From: Hydrolagus affinis | Lineage: Eukaryota | Reading direction: 5' to 3' | NCBI GenBank assembly: GCA_012026655.1 | Contig: JAAILG010000063.1 | Location: 1-64,000 of the forward strand | DNA length: 64,000 nt | Translations under genes and position numbers: made by a program | The notes under the pieces: model-generated | What the model saw: the letters and a program-made list of their open reading frames with translations, nothing else | What the model was told of the DNA's origin: nothing | Database searches by the model: none | Shown: piece after piece, positions 63,173 through 64,000 of the stretch | Layout of the letters: each line of letters starts with the position of its first letter | Numbering within the stretch: position 1 is the first letter of the stretch

Positions 63173-63622
63173 TAGTTAAGTTCAGTGGATGAACTGGGGT
63201 CTCTTTCCTACCGGTTTGCATTTCCCTAGGTGCTAGTTGTCCATTGGTACCTCTTGTATGACACTTAACCATGAGGTTAAGTTGTTTGACTTGGGGTAGA
63301 AATGGAATTGTTGCTGAGGCCTCTTTGTTCATGATCTGATCATGGGCACTACTAACTGAAGGCTGGAATCCAAGTGCATTAATGACCCATTGGTTTTTGT
63401 TTCGCGAACTACGCCCATTCCCAGTTATGTAATCTCCAGGGAGTCTAAATTGCAAGGTAACAGGATACCACCTTTGTAAATATAGTTTTCTTAGTAAAAT
63501 ACTGGTATTACGTGTTTAACAAATACTGTACTGAAGAAAACATCACAAGGTGTTTTTCAATAGCAGTTTGTTTTTCTTCAAATATTTATATAGTTAAATA
63601 ATTTTGGTTATTATTTGAACAG

Positions 63623-63768
63623 AACGTGAATTCTGAGCAGTCCAACTTTCCTGATCCTGGCCTAGAAGCTTCCATTGGCCCGGAAGATCCTCCTTCCAGT
63701 GTTGCTGCTAGTCCTGATAACATTTCCAGTTCATCTACCTCAGAGAGCTCTCCATTCTCACAGCACAG
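63623..63768 (+). CDS. SUCO: SUCO exon 4 (NVNSEQSNFPDPGLEASIGPEDPPSSVAASPDNISSSSTSESSPFSQH)
   Basis: aacag acceptor, AG|gtaacc donor; NISSSSTSE matches human ENISSSSTSEITP; gene continues beyond the window. Confidence 0.88.
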
Positions 63769-64000
63769 GTAACCTCAATGTGTATTTCATTGCCTTCTAA
63801 AAATCTGTCTCGAACCTTGAGTTTGGTCCATACCTTTAGACCTTGCTTTCCCTGCCTTAGTCATTTGTCAAGTGTTTTGTGATGGTCTTTACATTCATAA
63901 AAGTGTGGTCTATAAAAGCATGGTACCAAGTTGTACCAATGACATACCAACTTTGCACATAATGGGGAAGAAAAGATTACATCATATCTTGGATGATACT

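Noticed and set aside
45481-63768. CCDC18 or CARM1 as the head-to-head neighbour of the TMED gene
   Set aside because: The exon peptides match SUCO (signal peptide, VCC, NISSSSTSE)

Overview
Vertebrate genomic DNA, AT-rich, with four N gaps. The repeat landscape (tRNA-headed Deu-domain SINEs with L2-type tails, L2, CR1 and Penelope remnants) suggests a cartilaginous fish, probably a chimaera such as elephant shark; this is an inference. Gene order: the 3' part of DNM3 (+; GED and proline-rich exons, plus three candidate terminal exons); a candidate 6-exon gene (+, 26.6-31.5 kb) at the position of human C1orf105; a complete 4-exon p24-gamma gene (TMED5-like, -, 225 aa); a CpG-rich bidirectional promoter carrying an exact ERSE-II element; and the first four coding exons of SUCO (+). 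The most notable observations are the candidate gene with a duplicated terminal region, a TMED gene beside DNM3 that mirrors DNM2-TMED1, a UGA-CUA stop three codons before the ancestral DNM3 stop, a uORF whose stop overlaps the SUCO AUG, and two Penelope-borne minimal hammerhead motifs. Human sequence comparisons are from memory and need alignment.
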